This document shows positions 11,826 to 24,915 of a stretch of 64,000 nt of DNA, one piece after another. The notes beneath the pieces are model-generated. The model searched no databases. It worked only from the letters and a program-made list of their open reading frames with translations, and was not told the DNA's origin. Position 1 is the stretch's first letter. Each line of letters begins with the position of its first letter. Origin of the DNA: Takakia lepidozioides (taxonomy: Eukaryota; Plantae; Bryophyta); assembly GCA_030704615.1 (NCBI GenBank), contig CM060734.1, forward strand, positions 12,958,001 through 13,022,000. Direction: 5' to 3'. Both the position numbers and the translations under genes were made by a program.

Positions 11826-14721
11826 TTCGCCTTTTGGTACCATTCTCGAGTAGAATAATGACTCCAGCACAGCGTATGGCTGATGTTGTCTTTGGTGTTA
11901 TGTTGTGTTCTAATTTTGTTTTGATGTTAAGAAGCTACAAGTATGGATGTTAGTTTGTTCAACTGTAATTCGAAGTATATCTGTTTTGGTTTTGATTAAA
12001 TGTTTGCTTTACAATTGAGAAAAAAAATCTCAATGTGTGGTCTATTATGATCAATCAGACCATTGATTATTGATTTGTATGATCCCGTCATTTGAATATA
12101 CTCATCCTAGTGACAATAGCATAGATACCCTTGTTCCTTGTTGTTCTCCCCGTGTTCGATCCCGATCCACTAGGACATTCTGTATTAAATCAATCAGTAG
12201 ATAAACAAGCTATTCAACATTTGGCACCGCTGCCGGGGAGAACTATGAAGAAGGTGCTATAGGATGAGTGTTTTCAAATTATAATATGCGAAGTTTTGTG
12301 TTCTCCAACTTTTATTTTTCTTTTGTTTCATTTTTTCAATTTTCTAGTGAAGCATTCACATACCAATTCGAGATGTGGCATTTGTTCCTACAACCCCTAG
12401 GAAAGCGTATCTTTATAATTATTATGTGAACTTTCTGAGTGTGATTCAGCAATTTCAAAAAGAGAATTGTGGTATTCATAGTGAAGTAAATAGGTTGAGA
12501 GAGGAAAACTTAAATATTTCGTGGTCAGTGGAATCAAACTCCTATATGTCATTGTTTGAGACAGGTCTTGTACATGAAAATTGTGGTTTTAAGTTTGATA
12601 TTTTGAATTTGGAGGCCAAACTGAGCTCCATCGTTGCCAATTTATAAAATGTCTCATATGAAAGATATTTGAAAGTTTTTTAATTGGATTATCTCCTGGA
12701 GGAATGAGCGATATAGTATCGAGTGAATGTTCAGCACCAAGCTCCTTCTTAAATGTTGAGATGAACTCCGAGGCAATTTCATGATCTTGTAGGCTGGGAA
12801 TCCAATTGTTTCTAAAGAAGACCGCATCACCATTCGTTGATTGTATCATCATAACTAATCCAAAACTGTGAACATTTTGTTGATCATTATTTGAAATTTG
12901 AAAGGTACCACATACATGAAACCAGCTAAGCTCTTTCTTCAATTGTCCAATCAAGGGATCGGGTTGCTTCACCAATTCAATAGACTCGGATAGTCCACCA
13001 AAATCTTGATTTCCCATTGGATAATTGTCCAAATTATATTGGTTCTCAATTTCCCAAATTGAAATACCATTTGTAAAAAGAAACTAGAAAGGCTAAAGAT
13101 CTCGAAGCCGAAGCTATGTTGCAAAGAAATGAGGAGCACTTTCAAAGTGAGATTTTGACTTTGAAGGCAAAGTTAGATACAATCACAATGGAGAAGGAGA
13201 AATCATTACTGGATAATAAAATTTTGCAACAAGAAAATCAACTCTTATACATGAAGGTAAAATTTCTTGATGATCAAGTTGCCACACTTTTTATCTGAGA
13301 AAGTAAGTTTTGAGCAAGATAATGCAATGACTATTCAACAATGTAAAGAAATTACTTTGGAGGTCGTACAAATAAGGGACCAATTCACTCAATTGAGGAA
13401 TTTGGAAGATAACACAATTTTTTGAGGCAAAGCTAAATTCTTGCAATTATCAAAAATCACAATTTTTTTGGAGGAGATCAATTTGGATGTGTGTTCAAAT
13501 TTTGATACATTGAAGGCCATTGAGGAAAACTCAAGTTGGAATGGTGATTGTGACAAATTGCTTTACAAACAACAATGCAAATGTATTACCATGGAGGTCA
13601 TGATGTTTTCATTTCTTTTGAATTGATACAATTGTGAAAGTCACGGCCACAAAGAAGACTAAGAAAATGGATAATAATTATCCCATGCTTAAAGAACTAT
13701 TGGATCTTTTGGGTGGATATGAGGCCAATATTGCCAAAGTGATGATTGCAAATAATTTACAGCCAATTGATCTATCTAAGAGCATCATTGATTGTGATGG
13801 ACTATGTGGTATAAATCAGCCCAAAAAGTTGGAAGCTAGTTTTTTCCAACAGACTTTCATTATGAGACTTTTTTTTTCCAAGAGTTTCTAGTCTCTTTTT
13901 ACAAATGGTATTAATTTGAGAAATTGAGAACCAATATAGTTTGGACAATTATCCAATGGGAAATCAAGATTTTGGTGGACTATCCGAGTCTATTAGATGC
14001 ACAATTGGTGAAGCAAACTAATCCATCGATTGGACAATTGAAGAAAGAGCTTAGCTGGTTTCATGTATGTGGTACCTTTCAAATTTCAAATAATGATCAA
14101 CAAAATGTTCACAGTTTTGGATTAGTTATGATGATACAATCAATGAATGGTGATGCGGTCTTCTCTAGAAACAATTGGATTCATAGCCTACAAGATCACG
14201 AAATTGCCTCGGAGTTCATCTCAACATTTAAGAAGGAGCTTGAACATTCACTCGATACTATATTGCTCATCTAGGAGATAATCCGATTAAAAAACTTTCA
14301 AATATCTTTCTTGTGAGACATTTTATAAATTGGCAATGATGGAGCTCAAGAATCTGGGATCCTGGAAGAAGAGTGTTCTTGAGTGTAAAGACTTCAAGTT
14401 TTGCTTAATATATAGGCATAGGATAACATATTCCACAGTACATCCGCAGAAGGTGATTTGTTTGCGAGGACGCAAACAGCTAAGTGTGGGAGTATGTCAA
14501 ATATCCGAAAATCTTAGGGACTTTATATTTTGACATTGTGACCATTTTGGAGTCCAAAAGATATCCCATAGACATATGCTAGTGTGAATAGGGCTGTAGA
14601 AGCTACAATTTGTTGAAACCGTCAATATCGATTATTTTTCCCTTTCATCGGATCTCTATGACTCTCTTTTGATCGTGACTTTTGGTAGCATTCTCGAGTA
14701 GAAGAATGACTCCAACACAGC
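11826..14721 (+). mobile_element. Degenerate non-autonomous Athila-like LTR element, with partial LTRs at both ends
   Basis: LTR end CA at 12219 followed by PBS TGGCACCGCTGCCGGGGA (12222-12239, tRNA-Asp-like). PPT-like aagtgtgggag before TG at ~14495. A ~40-bp LTR segment is shared at ~11832 and ~14680. Interior holds only coiled-coil-like ORF remnants. Confidence 0.6.
12622..14348. repeat. Long inverted repeat: arms ~12622-13090 and ~13885-14348, spacer ~0.8 kb
   Basis: ORFs 12589..13032(-) and 13924..14274(+) translate to near-identical peptides (QLKKELSWFHVCGTFQISNNDQQNVHSFGLVMMIQS). The arm ends are reverse complements. Confidence 0.9.
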
Positions 14722-14910
14722 CCCGGCTATCGGCATCACGTCCATCAGTCAGCGTCAGGTCACATTAGACCTACCGCTGACAGACTTCCGTCACGTCAGG
14801 CTCCGGGAATATTCTAGTGAAAAAAACCCAAGTAAAATTTTTCTACTTAAGCAGCTACGTCGCCGACACGGCGGTGACAAATAAATTATGGAAAATATGA
14901 AAATAAAAAT

Positions 14911-15092
14911 GACCGCCTATTCTGGCGGTCGTTTTATATTTGAAAATTAAAAAAATTCAGAGGGACCGCCATATTGGCAGTCGCTTTATTCAATAAATAA
15001 ATAAAACACATGACCACCATATTGACGGTCACCTTACGTTAAACATAAAACATAAACAGTTAAAAAAAACAGGCGACCGCAATATTTCGGTC
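14911..15092. repeat. Four palindromic GACCGCCATATTGGCGGTC-like motifs in AT-rich spacers (probable transposase-binding subterminal array)
   Basis: gaccgcctattctggcggtc, gaccgccatattggcagtc, gaccaccatattgacggtc and gaccgcaatatttcggtc. Confidence 0.65.
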
Positions 15093-15214
15093 ACTTCAAT
15101 TTTAAAATAAAAAAAGAAGAAGAGAACGTCGTATTGGTGGTCCTTTGTGTGATCCGATATCTTCCATCCAGAATCTGTGTCTTGCTTTCTGCAAAATCGG
15201 AAGGGATTTTGACC

Positions 15215-15980
15215 ACAAAAAGAAAATCGTGCATTCCATCGTCATTAATATAGAAATGATTCTCTTTTAAAATTGCTGTATTTGGGTCATTAGGGTTGGC
15301 TTCTGGATTGTGTCTATACGTGATATGGACAAGAATAACAATCTGAAAAGAATGCCAATGCATTTCTTGGACCTCATTTTGGTCCTGAAATGCATAATTC
15401 TCCACAAAGTCTATCACATAAATGATAGATCCATCTGGAATGAATTGAAGACAATGCTTGAATTGCCCATCTTGCCCTCGGGCAACAAAATTATGCTCGA
15501 CAAAGAGAGTCAACTTGGGCTTGAAATAATTCAGAATTGCAACTTCAGACGTTTGCTAGTCTTCCGGCCCTCCCTACCAACGCCGATTACTTCTCTTTGA
15601 TAATACCTCCAAACTATGATTAGACCATCATCGTTATCGTCTTCTTCAATTGGGCATAAGGATAGAACGTCAATACCACAATTGGACCACACTCACCCAT
15701 CAAGTATTCCCTCTTGTGCCAATCCTCAAACTCTCCCTTGGGACACACTATTGTTTGCCACAATGGTGTCACTTCCTTAAAACACTTATTTGTAGCTTGA
15801 CAATGACACTCTCCATCTCGGTCATCATGTTGACAGATCTCAACAAAGTAAAAAAAGCAAACATGATGAACACCTTTTGAGCGAAACCGCATATTGTTGA
15901 AACCCACTCTTAGTTCCTCCATCTCCACATGTGCTTGCAGCAGCATGTATTGCGATCCTTCAGCCAACGAACAAAGAAAT
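15215..15980 (-). pseudogene. Sola2-like DDE transposase fragment
   Basis: VIDFVENYAFQDQNEVQEMHW resembles the DF(S/A)ENY...Q..HW motif I recall for Sola2-type transposases. An upstream Cys-rich segment (CPKGEFEDWHKREYLMGEC) is frameshifted. Confidence 0.55.
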
Positions 15981-18665
15981 GTTTCATCTTTTTAAATACA
16001 TGCTGACCAATCCTCACATCTGAAAACTTTGTCTTGAATCGCAAGAATTAGAACGTTGTCTGCATGCACAGGCAATGATCAGCTTAGTTTTCATCATTAC
16101 TGGATGTATAGGAAAAAATACCTACAGTACTTACTTAATATAACTACCTCTACCTTGAACAATATTTCAGCCACACTATTCCGTAACCTTGAATCACAAC
16201 ATGAAGGCAATGTATATGCAGAGGCAACAATGGTACATACATAAACATTACAACTCCTACGAATGAAAAACTTGCAACTGGACTGTATGCACTAGTTAGT
16301 ACATAGGTATGTGTTCAGACAATATTTGCTATATTTGTACTATGACAAGGTACAGAAAGTACTGTAGAATGGTCTATTAAGTTCTTTACATGTACAAGAG
16401 TATGTGAGCACAGTACTTACAGCACATAAGTATCTAAGTACTAAGTACCCAAGCATATGTATGTAAGTACATGAGGTTGTTCCTTGTAGCACCTGTGCCC
16501 GGCCCCCACAATTCCACGAAGCCTACTTCCTACAAAGGGCTGATCATCAGCAGCAGACACAGTACCATGCACACTCAAAGCCCCTCGTGACGTTAGTGTC
16601 AGAATTGCTGAATCTTTCCTCAATAGAAACTAAGTCAGCCTCCTCAAACACTCTACTTCTATGCATGGCAACCGGAGATAACACAGGAACAGACTTTGGT
16701 ACCGAACTTCTATCTCTACCAGATCGCAACCAGTGGTCAGTAGGTGAGCTTGACATGAAAAGAATCAAATTTTACCTTTACAAATCCTCCACTTCAATTA
16801 TGCTGGGACACTGCCCGGCTTGAGATGAAACGAGTCTCAGTAGCTTGTGAGTGTCGTGACTATGCTCAGAAACTGCAAGCCAACGCCTAGAAATTTTGAA
16901 CTAGAACCCAACACATTGTCACACAATGTGCAATTTGGTCCCCCAAAGCGATTTTATTTCTAGGCTCGAGTTAGCACTGTGCTGTTAGGCCAATAATCGA
17001 TGGAATCAAACACCCAAAACTTCTGGATTACATGTAAAGTAAACTGCTCGTGAGGCAAAATCACCAAGTCACCCTGGAATGCTCGTTCACTTTGACCAAA
17101 TGGAACGTCAATTAAATCGCGAGCTGAAGGGGTGAACACAGCGAAGCTGCTGAACTGTAGTAACCTCAAAAGCACAGAGCCAACACCACTAGTGAACAAC
17201 GCCAACTGCCAGGGTTCCACGAAGTCAGAGGAAACCAACGGTGCGAGCAAGGAACAAACAGAGATTGTCTCGCACAGCCCTAATTGCCTTAGCTCGATAC
17301 CCCCCAGGCACAAGAACCTACGCTTGAGCAAGTGATAGGCAACTGAAATTGCCTTCTCAAGGCAAGCTCATGCTCTATGATACGATGAACTTCACAAACA
17401 AGGGTTGCAGGGTCACTAATCCAACATGAAACTCGCTCTCCCTCAGAAACAGAGAATTTCGAAATATCAGTAAAGAACCAGGATTCAAACTTGTCGTACC
17501 ACGCCAGGTCCTCACTGTCGAGTTCAAGCTGCTCTCTATCAAAGGCAATAGATTCTTCAATCTGAGTATTCACATCTACAATTTCCTCAGGCTAGTAATA
17601 GTCAGGTTCTGCATAACCACCATGGTCATACTTATCTGGATCTCTGCCGGGGATGGTGCCCGAACTGGGCGGATCGTCGCTTCGTGCAGAGATGGAGGCC
17701 TTATCAGTTGGAACTCGACAAAGCAGGTCTATCCCCCACAGTAGTAGACACACCTTCCACAGTCAAAACACCTTGCGCAATTCGCTCATTAGTCAAAGGA
17801 ATGTCCGAAACTACCAGCGCGTTCAATTCAGGAGTAAGCTCTGGCAACACGATTTTAAGCTCTAGTCTAACCCCACAAGGGATATTCCCGCTCTCTTAGA
17901 GTTCAAGACATTAAGCGTAACAACCGTCATCTTTCAGATCACAAGCAAATCGAAACATAGGAAAGAATGAGCTGCTGGTTGGCGCGCCGCCATCGCGGCT
18001 CCTTATCAACCCAAAACCACCTCGTAGACACAGCTTGAACCCACGGTAATCAGCGCAAATGCGCTTAGTTTAGGGGTGCGCAGCTCAATGAAAAGCATGC
18101 GTTTGCTGTAGCAGTAGCAAAGGCACACGTAGAGGAGAACCACACAGCGATTACGAACGTCAAGCATGCAAGATCACGAACATCTAGAGCTCTATCACGC
18201 ATAAGTACACCAGGCTGTACATACAACAAAAGAACGAGTTTACTCAAGGTCAGAAAGACCATATACCCAAACCCTTGGTTGGGATGAGCCCACACCTAGA
18301 AGCATGCCATGGGCTAGGAAGATTGCCCCACATCCTGTAAGTCAAACAATAAAGGGCTGAGATGGAGCCAGCCCCGCCCCATGTAGGGTTAGTTGTACAA
18401 TGTATGGGTCAGGCATCGTGTAAGGGCTTCCTGCCGTCGTCTAGCTAAAGCAAGGGATGAGGCCTGACAGAATTTAATGTAACTAGGGCTAGGAAAATAT
18501 GGGGCATCATATTCCATGCTAGACATGTGATCATCCAATTTATTCAAATATCCAAAGTTTTTCATGCCCAGCCATTGTTCAATCAATGTGAGTTACCATA
18601 AGTGCTCACCAGTTCCGTTATTGTATGGAATATATTTCTAAAATAGTGAGTATGATATCCCAAAT

Positions 18666-19162
18666 CTAAAATACTCTCTTGCATGTGGTAGAAAACATGG
18701 GTTTTTGGGACCAGAGTAAAAGCGGGTGTGGATTTGAGCCCATGACCTCCTCCAAAGTGGCTCACGTGGAGACGGTTACCTGACCCTAGGGGGTGGTTAG
18801 ACTGCCTCTCTCTCGCAGAATGTGCAAACGTGCAAACCCTAAAGTGCAGAAAGGAAGCGCAGGAGAGCGGGCATGTTCGGGATTCCCAAGTTTTGTGGCA
18901 GGGCATCCTGCTAAAATACTCGTCCTGCATGTGGTAGAAAACATGGGTTTTCTGGACCAGACTAAAAGCGAGAATCGAGCGGATGTGGATTTGAGCCCAT
19001 GACCTCCTCCAAAGTGGTTTAGGTTTCCTGACCCTAGGGGGGTGGTTAGACTGCCTCTATCTCGCAGAATGTGCAGACGTGCAAGCCCTAAAGTGCAGAA
19101 AGGAAGCGCCAGGAGAGCGGGCATGTTCGGGATTTCCAAGTTTTGTGGCAGGGCATCCTGCT
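18666..19162 (+). promoter_or_regulatory. Tandemly duplicated (~245 bp x2) proximal promoter/5' UTR region of CSN4, with telo-box and site II-like motifs
   Basis: Units 18666-18910 and 18911-19162 are near-identical. AAACCCTAA occurs at ~18834 (aagccctaa in copy 2) and AGCCCA occurs in both. The array ends ~55 bp before the ATG. Confidence 0.7.
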
Positions 19163-19216
19163 CGTTCACTGCTGCAGAGCAAGCGCTGGGTGTTTGGGAG
19201 ATTGAGGAGCTGGGAA

Positions 19217-22200
19217 ATGGCGGGAGACATAGAGGGTGCCCTACAAGGTGCAGCGGGCATCAGTGATCAAAAGCAGAAAATCGACCACTACAAGCTTCTC
19301 CTCTCCTCCATCATCTCCACAAATAATGTTCATCACGCCAAGGCATTCATAGATCACAGTAAGCTCTGGCCTCACGTCCAAGTTGTGGATATTTCCTCGC
19401 CCTTTTACTCTGCTAGGTCGAAAGCACCAAGTTATCAATCGATTGCGGATGGAGTGTGTGTGAGTGTTATATCCTTAAACAACATGATGTCTTATGCAGT
19501 GGTGACGGACGAGGTTCCACTAGTGGCATCGCGACAATTGCTGCAGATATTTGCCATGGACCTCAATAAACTTGAGCCCGAAGCGCATAAGGAAATTGCA
19601 CAGTATGCTTTAGCTCAAATTCAGCCTCGTGTGGTCTCATTCGAGGAACAGGTCGGTCTCCTCTCATTAGGATTCATGTGTAGTGTATCAATGTACACAA
19701 TTGGGCGGGGGTGGGGGCGCGATTTTACGATTCTATGGCCTGCAGATTACGTTTCTTTCCCAGTAGTTCTCTATGGCTTCAGGGAGCTGTCTATTGATGA
19801 CAGGACATCTAGGATGGATATGGTCCCGATTACAGGCAGTGATAGTCTGTGTGCATGCAGGTGTCTATCATACGCGAGGGATTGGCTGAATTATATGAAA
19901 TCGAAGAGCAGTGGTCAAAAGCTGCACAAATGCTTAGCGGAATTGACCTAGACTCTGGGATTCGGTCTGCCCCTTTCTTTAGCCCCTCATTGTGTTTGTA
20001 CACAATTGAAGGATTGCAATCTTGAGTGGGAGCTTTAACAGCAGTAATGATGGATTGTGGATTTGCGTTACAAATTTGATGGATCATGGAACTATTTCAA
20101 AGGACTGATGATGTGGAACGAAGTTATCTTCTAAAAGGAGCTTTTTCACTGCATTTGCTTCAGAGAAAGCTAATCCCTCCCTCCCTGTCCGTTTTTCCTT
20201 GTTGGTGAGAGAAAGGCTGTCTACAATAAAGATCATGAAACCAAAATCTCTAATACAACCTTGGCAAGCCAAGAAATGCATACCCAGGCAGAGGCAGCAA
20301 CAATTAGATGCCTTCTGACCAGTGAAACTAGGGAAGAGTGATGAAGGTAGCTACTCCGGAAGATTACGCCAGCCTCTAACCTAGATGGTAGGACCTAGTC
20401 TGAAAAGCCCAGACAGGCAGAGGAGACTACAACACAGAAAGGCCTCGCAGTGGAAGTGCGACAGCTTAGACAATACATGAGTTACAAATATGTATCATGT
20501 TGTTGAAGAGGTGGCCTTTTTTTGACGGGTGGGGGAGCAGGATGCTGGATGATACGTACAAGTTGGCGAAATGTGTGAAGATTGCACTATTGTATCTAGA
20601 GGTAGGCCTTTTCACCTACTTCTCTGTATTTTGCAGTGCTTCCATTTGAAGACTGTATGCAGATGTCCCATGACTATAGGCCCATCCACACACCTTTTGA
20701 GTCTTGGAGCATAGACCTGCGGATGCAAATCCATCCCATTGTTGTTCTGCCTGAGTCAATTATGTTTCATGGGTTGTACAGGATGATGATGCCATGAATG
20801 CGGAGATTTTTATCAAGAAAGCATCCTTTCTGGTGAACAACTGCAAGGATGAGGCCCTGAATTTACAGTACAAGGTATCATTTCCTTACTGTACTATCCT
20901 TAAGGTCAGGCCTGCAAGTGCTGCTTCTAACTTCTGGGATGTGCCAATGGTGACAGGTGTGCTATGCACGGATTTTGGACTCAAAACGCAAGTTTCTGGA
21001 GGCTGCACTTCGGTACTATGAGTTGTCTCAACTTGAGAAACGAGAGATTGGTGGCAGGTATGTGTGGACAAGTCTTTTCTAACATTGGAGAGCTACAGTT
21101 GTCTTGACAGTTGTCTTTTTATGGATGTGAAGTGCATGACCACACATCTGTTATTTCCTTGTCATAGTTCCTTTCAATGTGTCTGATGTTCATTATTTGG
21201 TCAACCTTGCCAAAATGAGTTGGCTTGCAGAGGTACATAATCCCTCAAGGATTGTAATCTCTTTTACTGCGAGGGCTAATGTAGTGTGATTGGATGTTGC
21301 AGACGAGTAGACGAAGATGAACTGCAGCAGGCACTTAGTGCTGCTGTTACCTGCACCATTTTGGCGGCTGCTGGACCTCAACGCTCCAGGGTGCTAGCCA
21401 CACTGTACAAGGTGCTAGATTCTAGTAGCTGACCTCTTTCATAACATTTGCAACCGATGCCATGTGTTTGTTTTGTTTGTTGTGTCTACATCTTACCAGG
21501 TTGAGAGCTTTTTCATAAATGTTGTTCGGCTTGGTTGTTGTTCAGGATGAGAGATGTTCCAAGCTAAAAATATATCCCATCCTTCAAAAGGTTTGTACCT
21601 GGACTGTTTCTTGCTTGGACTCATGCAGTTAAGATGATAGACATCTCTTGTCCGTTGAGGTTACAAGTACTTATCGAAGAGTTAAAAATGGAAGGTGAAG
21701 TGAACTTAATTTCTTCAAGGATTTGAATCGTAAGATTGAGCACTGGAGCCAGTTGTTGCTGTTTGGGCTGGGAATTCCAGGGCATCCAGTGACAGGCATC
21801 AACAGGTGGTATTCTTTGTCGATTCCAATGCAGGTGTATCTGGAAAGAATATTGCGGAAACCACAGGTGGATGCCTTCTCAGAAGAGCTGAAACCACATC
21901 AGGTACTCAGATATAAGTCAATGTATGTTCTTGCCAGTGCTTTTTGAAGCAGAAGACAAATTCATCTGCGGCAGTATTGCAGGGTTCTGACTGTGGTCTT
22001 CTGGTTGTTGGCAGAAAGCTCTGTTACCAGATAACTCGACAGTGTTGGATCGTGCTATGATTGAGCACAATCTACTAAGTGCAAGCAAACTTTACACTAA
22101 TATCAGGTACTTAGGTCCTAATTGGAGGTCGATCAATTCATTAGTACTAGAGCAAGATCTGCACATTGGCGTCTTCTTTATCTAGAAGACAAATTGGATA

Positions 22201-23594
22201 TGATTTTATTGAAAAGGGTGGACTTTCATTGTTGTGTGTTTTTGCAGCTTTGAGGAGTTGGGTGCATTGCTGGGCATTGGTCCCCAGAAGGTAGGTTTGC
22301 CTGTAACTGACGAAGGAAATGATTGGTTGCATGATATTGGGAGAACTGCTAACACGAAAAAATCAGTAGTACCACTCACTGTTGTTAGAATGTGTCACCT
22401 TGCATGTATGGACGGTGGAAATTATGAACTGTTAAGATTTTGCCCACATATTTCCTGACAACCTCATTGGCAGTAATCCATTTTAGGTGTGTTTTCCTTT
22501 GTAATCTAGTCAGGATTCCTGGACTTGGAGATTATGACAGGTTTGTGAAAACAGTTCCAATAGATAGCTCATTGGCTAGGACACACAGTCATGTTGGAGC
22601 GTGGTTCTGGGTGCGAATCTGCATAACACTTCGTGGGAACACACTGGTAGATGTAAGCACTGTGTATTTAGCTGCTGGTTCTAGTGTAGGAGTGTCTACA
22701 ACAACTTGTAGGTCTATACATTTGAGAGGAGTTGAATGGTGTGAATGATGGCAGGCTGAGAAGATTGCCGGGCGCATGATATCTGAGGATCGGATGCGAG
22801 GGTCTATTGATCAGGTAGGATACACTGTCAAACATCTAGGGTTGATTGATACTTGGCTATCTGTCCATTTTCACAGAGACATGAGATTAGCATAATGTTT
22901 TTTCACATAAAGCAACCTTTCAGTGCAGATTGAAATGTGATGTGTTGGTAAAAACATTTTTTGTGTTGGTAAAAATGGTCAGTGTGGTTGTTGGGTAGAT
23001 GGTGATGAGAGAGTGTTCAATTATTGTGTGATTTTGACATGGAGGGTCTTGAAGATGAGTTTGTAGGAGTTCAAGCTGGGGACAAACAGTTGGTTTCTAC
23101 TGTTGTTGGTTATTGTTGGCTACATCAAACTGGTTAATGTATGACACAGGTAGAAGGTGTCATTCATTTTGAAAATGATATTGAGGAACTCCAGCAATGG
23201 GACCACCAGGTATCTTCTCATGTATGCTTGGCCTTTTTTCTTGCCATCTACTTAAGGGGTTGCTCAAGTGTGAGTGGCATCCTCAGGTTGGGCCTTGTTT
23301 GACGCCCAATAGAAGTACGCCTAATCATCCATCTGCTGCACAAAAAGTCTTTGTAGGTGTGGTATGTCAGGGGTGGTCTAACTGGTTGGTTTCCATACAT
23401 GGGGGCCACTGTGGGTCCACAGCCATATTGTTGCCCAAGTTGCAAGATGGTTGTGCATACGCCTCTTAGAGTTGGTTGGGAGATTAACTCCAGGTGCCGG
23501 GTGCTGATTGTCTGTGCAGATTGTCAGTATCTGCCAAGCACTAAATGATGTGCTGGATAGCATGGTCAAGAAGGGAATGCCTGTGGCAGTCTAG
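19217..23594 (+). CDS. CSN4: COP9 signalosome complex subunit 4 (PCI domain), 14 exons, 401 aa
   Basis: GT-AG exons: 19217-19358, 19500-19651, 19861-19964, 20541-20601, 20782-20874, 20957-21057, 21303-21411, 21546-21590, 21834-21902, 22015-22106, 22248-22290, 22755-22814, 23150-23209, 23520-23594. They sum to 1206 nt in frame. Peptides [45 protein letters not shown] and [21 protein letters not shown] are typical of plant CSN4. Confidence 0.97.
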
Positions 23595-24639
23595 CCTGCA
23601 TGTGATTGCTTCTCACCACTGCTGGAAGATAAAACTGGCAAAGTTAGGGACCTGACAGTAATTCTCTCTGGAGATGCTTTGACATCAAGCCGGTTTCTTC
23701 ATCTCTGTTCACGAAATGCTTTGCAAACGATGTAATTTTACATGAGACTTATAGTTACGCAATTGGCATGGGATTTGTTAAGATTGATAGAGGTGCAAAC
23801 AACAGCCCAACAGGCCAGGCAAGGATCAATACAGACAGCAGTTGTCAAGTACGTGTTATGAATCCAAACCCTCTGGCTTGAGGCTGTGTAGTGATTGGTG
23901 AGCCACAATTGAAGTACATTACTGCAACATTACAAGCATGAAGAACACACGAGCAGATATCTCAAGTGGTCTAGTGAACTTTTCCTCCCCATGATTTTAC
24001 CTCCTCTAAGCCCAGACTCGAACACATGAGCGAATCACACTCTACCCCCGGAGGGTTACAATCTTCTCTCCATGGACACTTAGAGCGAATGTTCAGAGGC
24101 TCTGTTCTATAGAATATCTGATTGTGATGATTGCAGTATGTTTGTTTCTAGTTCCAAGTCTACAGAGCGTGCAAGCTCTTACTAGAATCGGCTTGGGTAG
24201 ATTTGTGATCCCCAAGTTTCCTATTTGTGATATATGTCCTTAGCATGCAAGTGCTCATAATTTAATTGAAGTTGTAGTACCACAGGCTCTACACTGAGAT
24301 CACATAGTCCTGAGCCTGTTGGCAGCCACTTTCTCCTGACGTCCTTTGTTTGCTGATGGACCCGTTTTTCCCGAGAGTTTGTAGTCTCTAATCTGCAAGC
24401 AAACACAAAGGAAGTCATGCTACAAGAAGAGATTTCTTCAGAAGGATTTCCCATTGTTCCAGTGCTTTGTGTGCCCTTAGTTTGGGGATATCCCGGACTG
24501 TCAGGGCCACATGAGTACATAGTCAGGACTCCAAATAATATGAGCAGTTTTGGGGCGCTGGATGGAATATCAAAGAATTTATACAACTCTACTTGGACAA
24601 TCATTGAACAACATCATTCTCTAATCATGTATGAGATGA

Positions 24640-24915
24640 GCCTGAGCCTTCTGTGCATGAGTTCTGACTTGAGTTGAGCTGCGTGTCCCAACTAACTTGG
24701 CTATGGCAGAAAAATCTGTACCAAATATGCTCCAAATATACACAGGAAGACAGATGGAATAGCTTTCCAAGGTCATCAGAACTGGAACTATTGAGTCACG
24801 ATGAGGAAATCGACTCACCAATTTGGCATAGTACTTCTGTGCATGAGTTCTGACTTGAGTTGAGTTGCGTGTCCCAATGAACTTGGTTGTGGCAGAAAAA
24901 TCTGTGCCAAATCTG
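24640..24915 (-). pseudogene. Two tandem copies of a Myb-related (SHAQKY/THAQKY-class) second-half exon
   Basis: FGTDFSATTKFIGTRNSTQVRTHAQKYYAKL followed by a GT donor, and a second copy FGTDFSAIAKLVGTRSSTQVRTHAQK. The first Myb helix was not found nearby. Confidence 0.7.

Noticed and set aside
16056-18600. Several short ORFs on both strands
   Set aside because: No recognisable motif or consistent gene structure. Probably decayed TE sequence, left unannotated.
19079-19951. 290-aa single-exon ORF
   Set aside because: Read-through of the CSN4 5' region, exons 1-2 and introns; the spliced model explains it.
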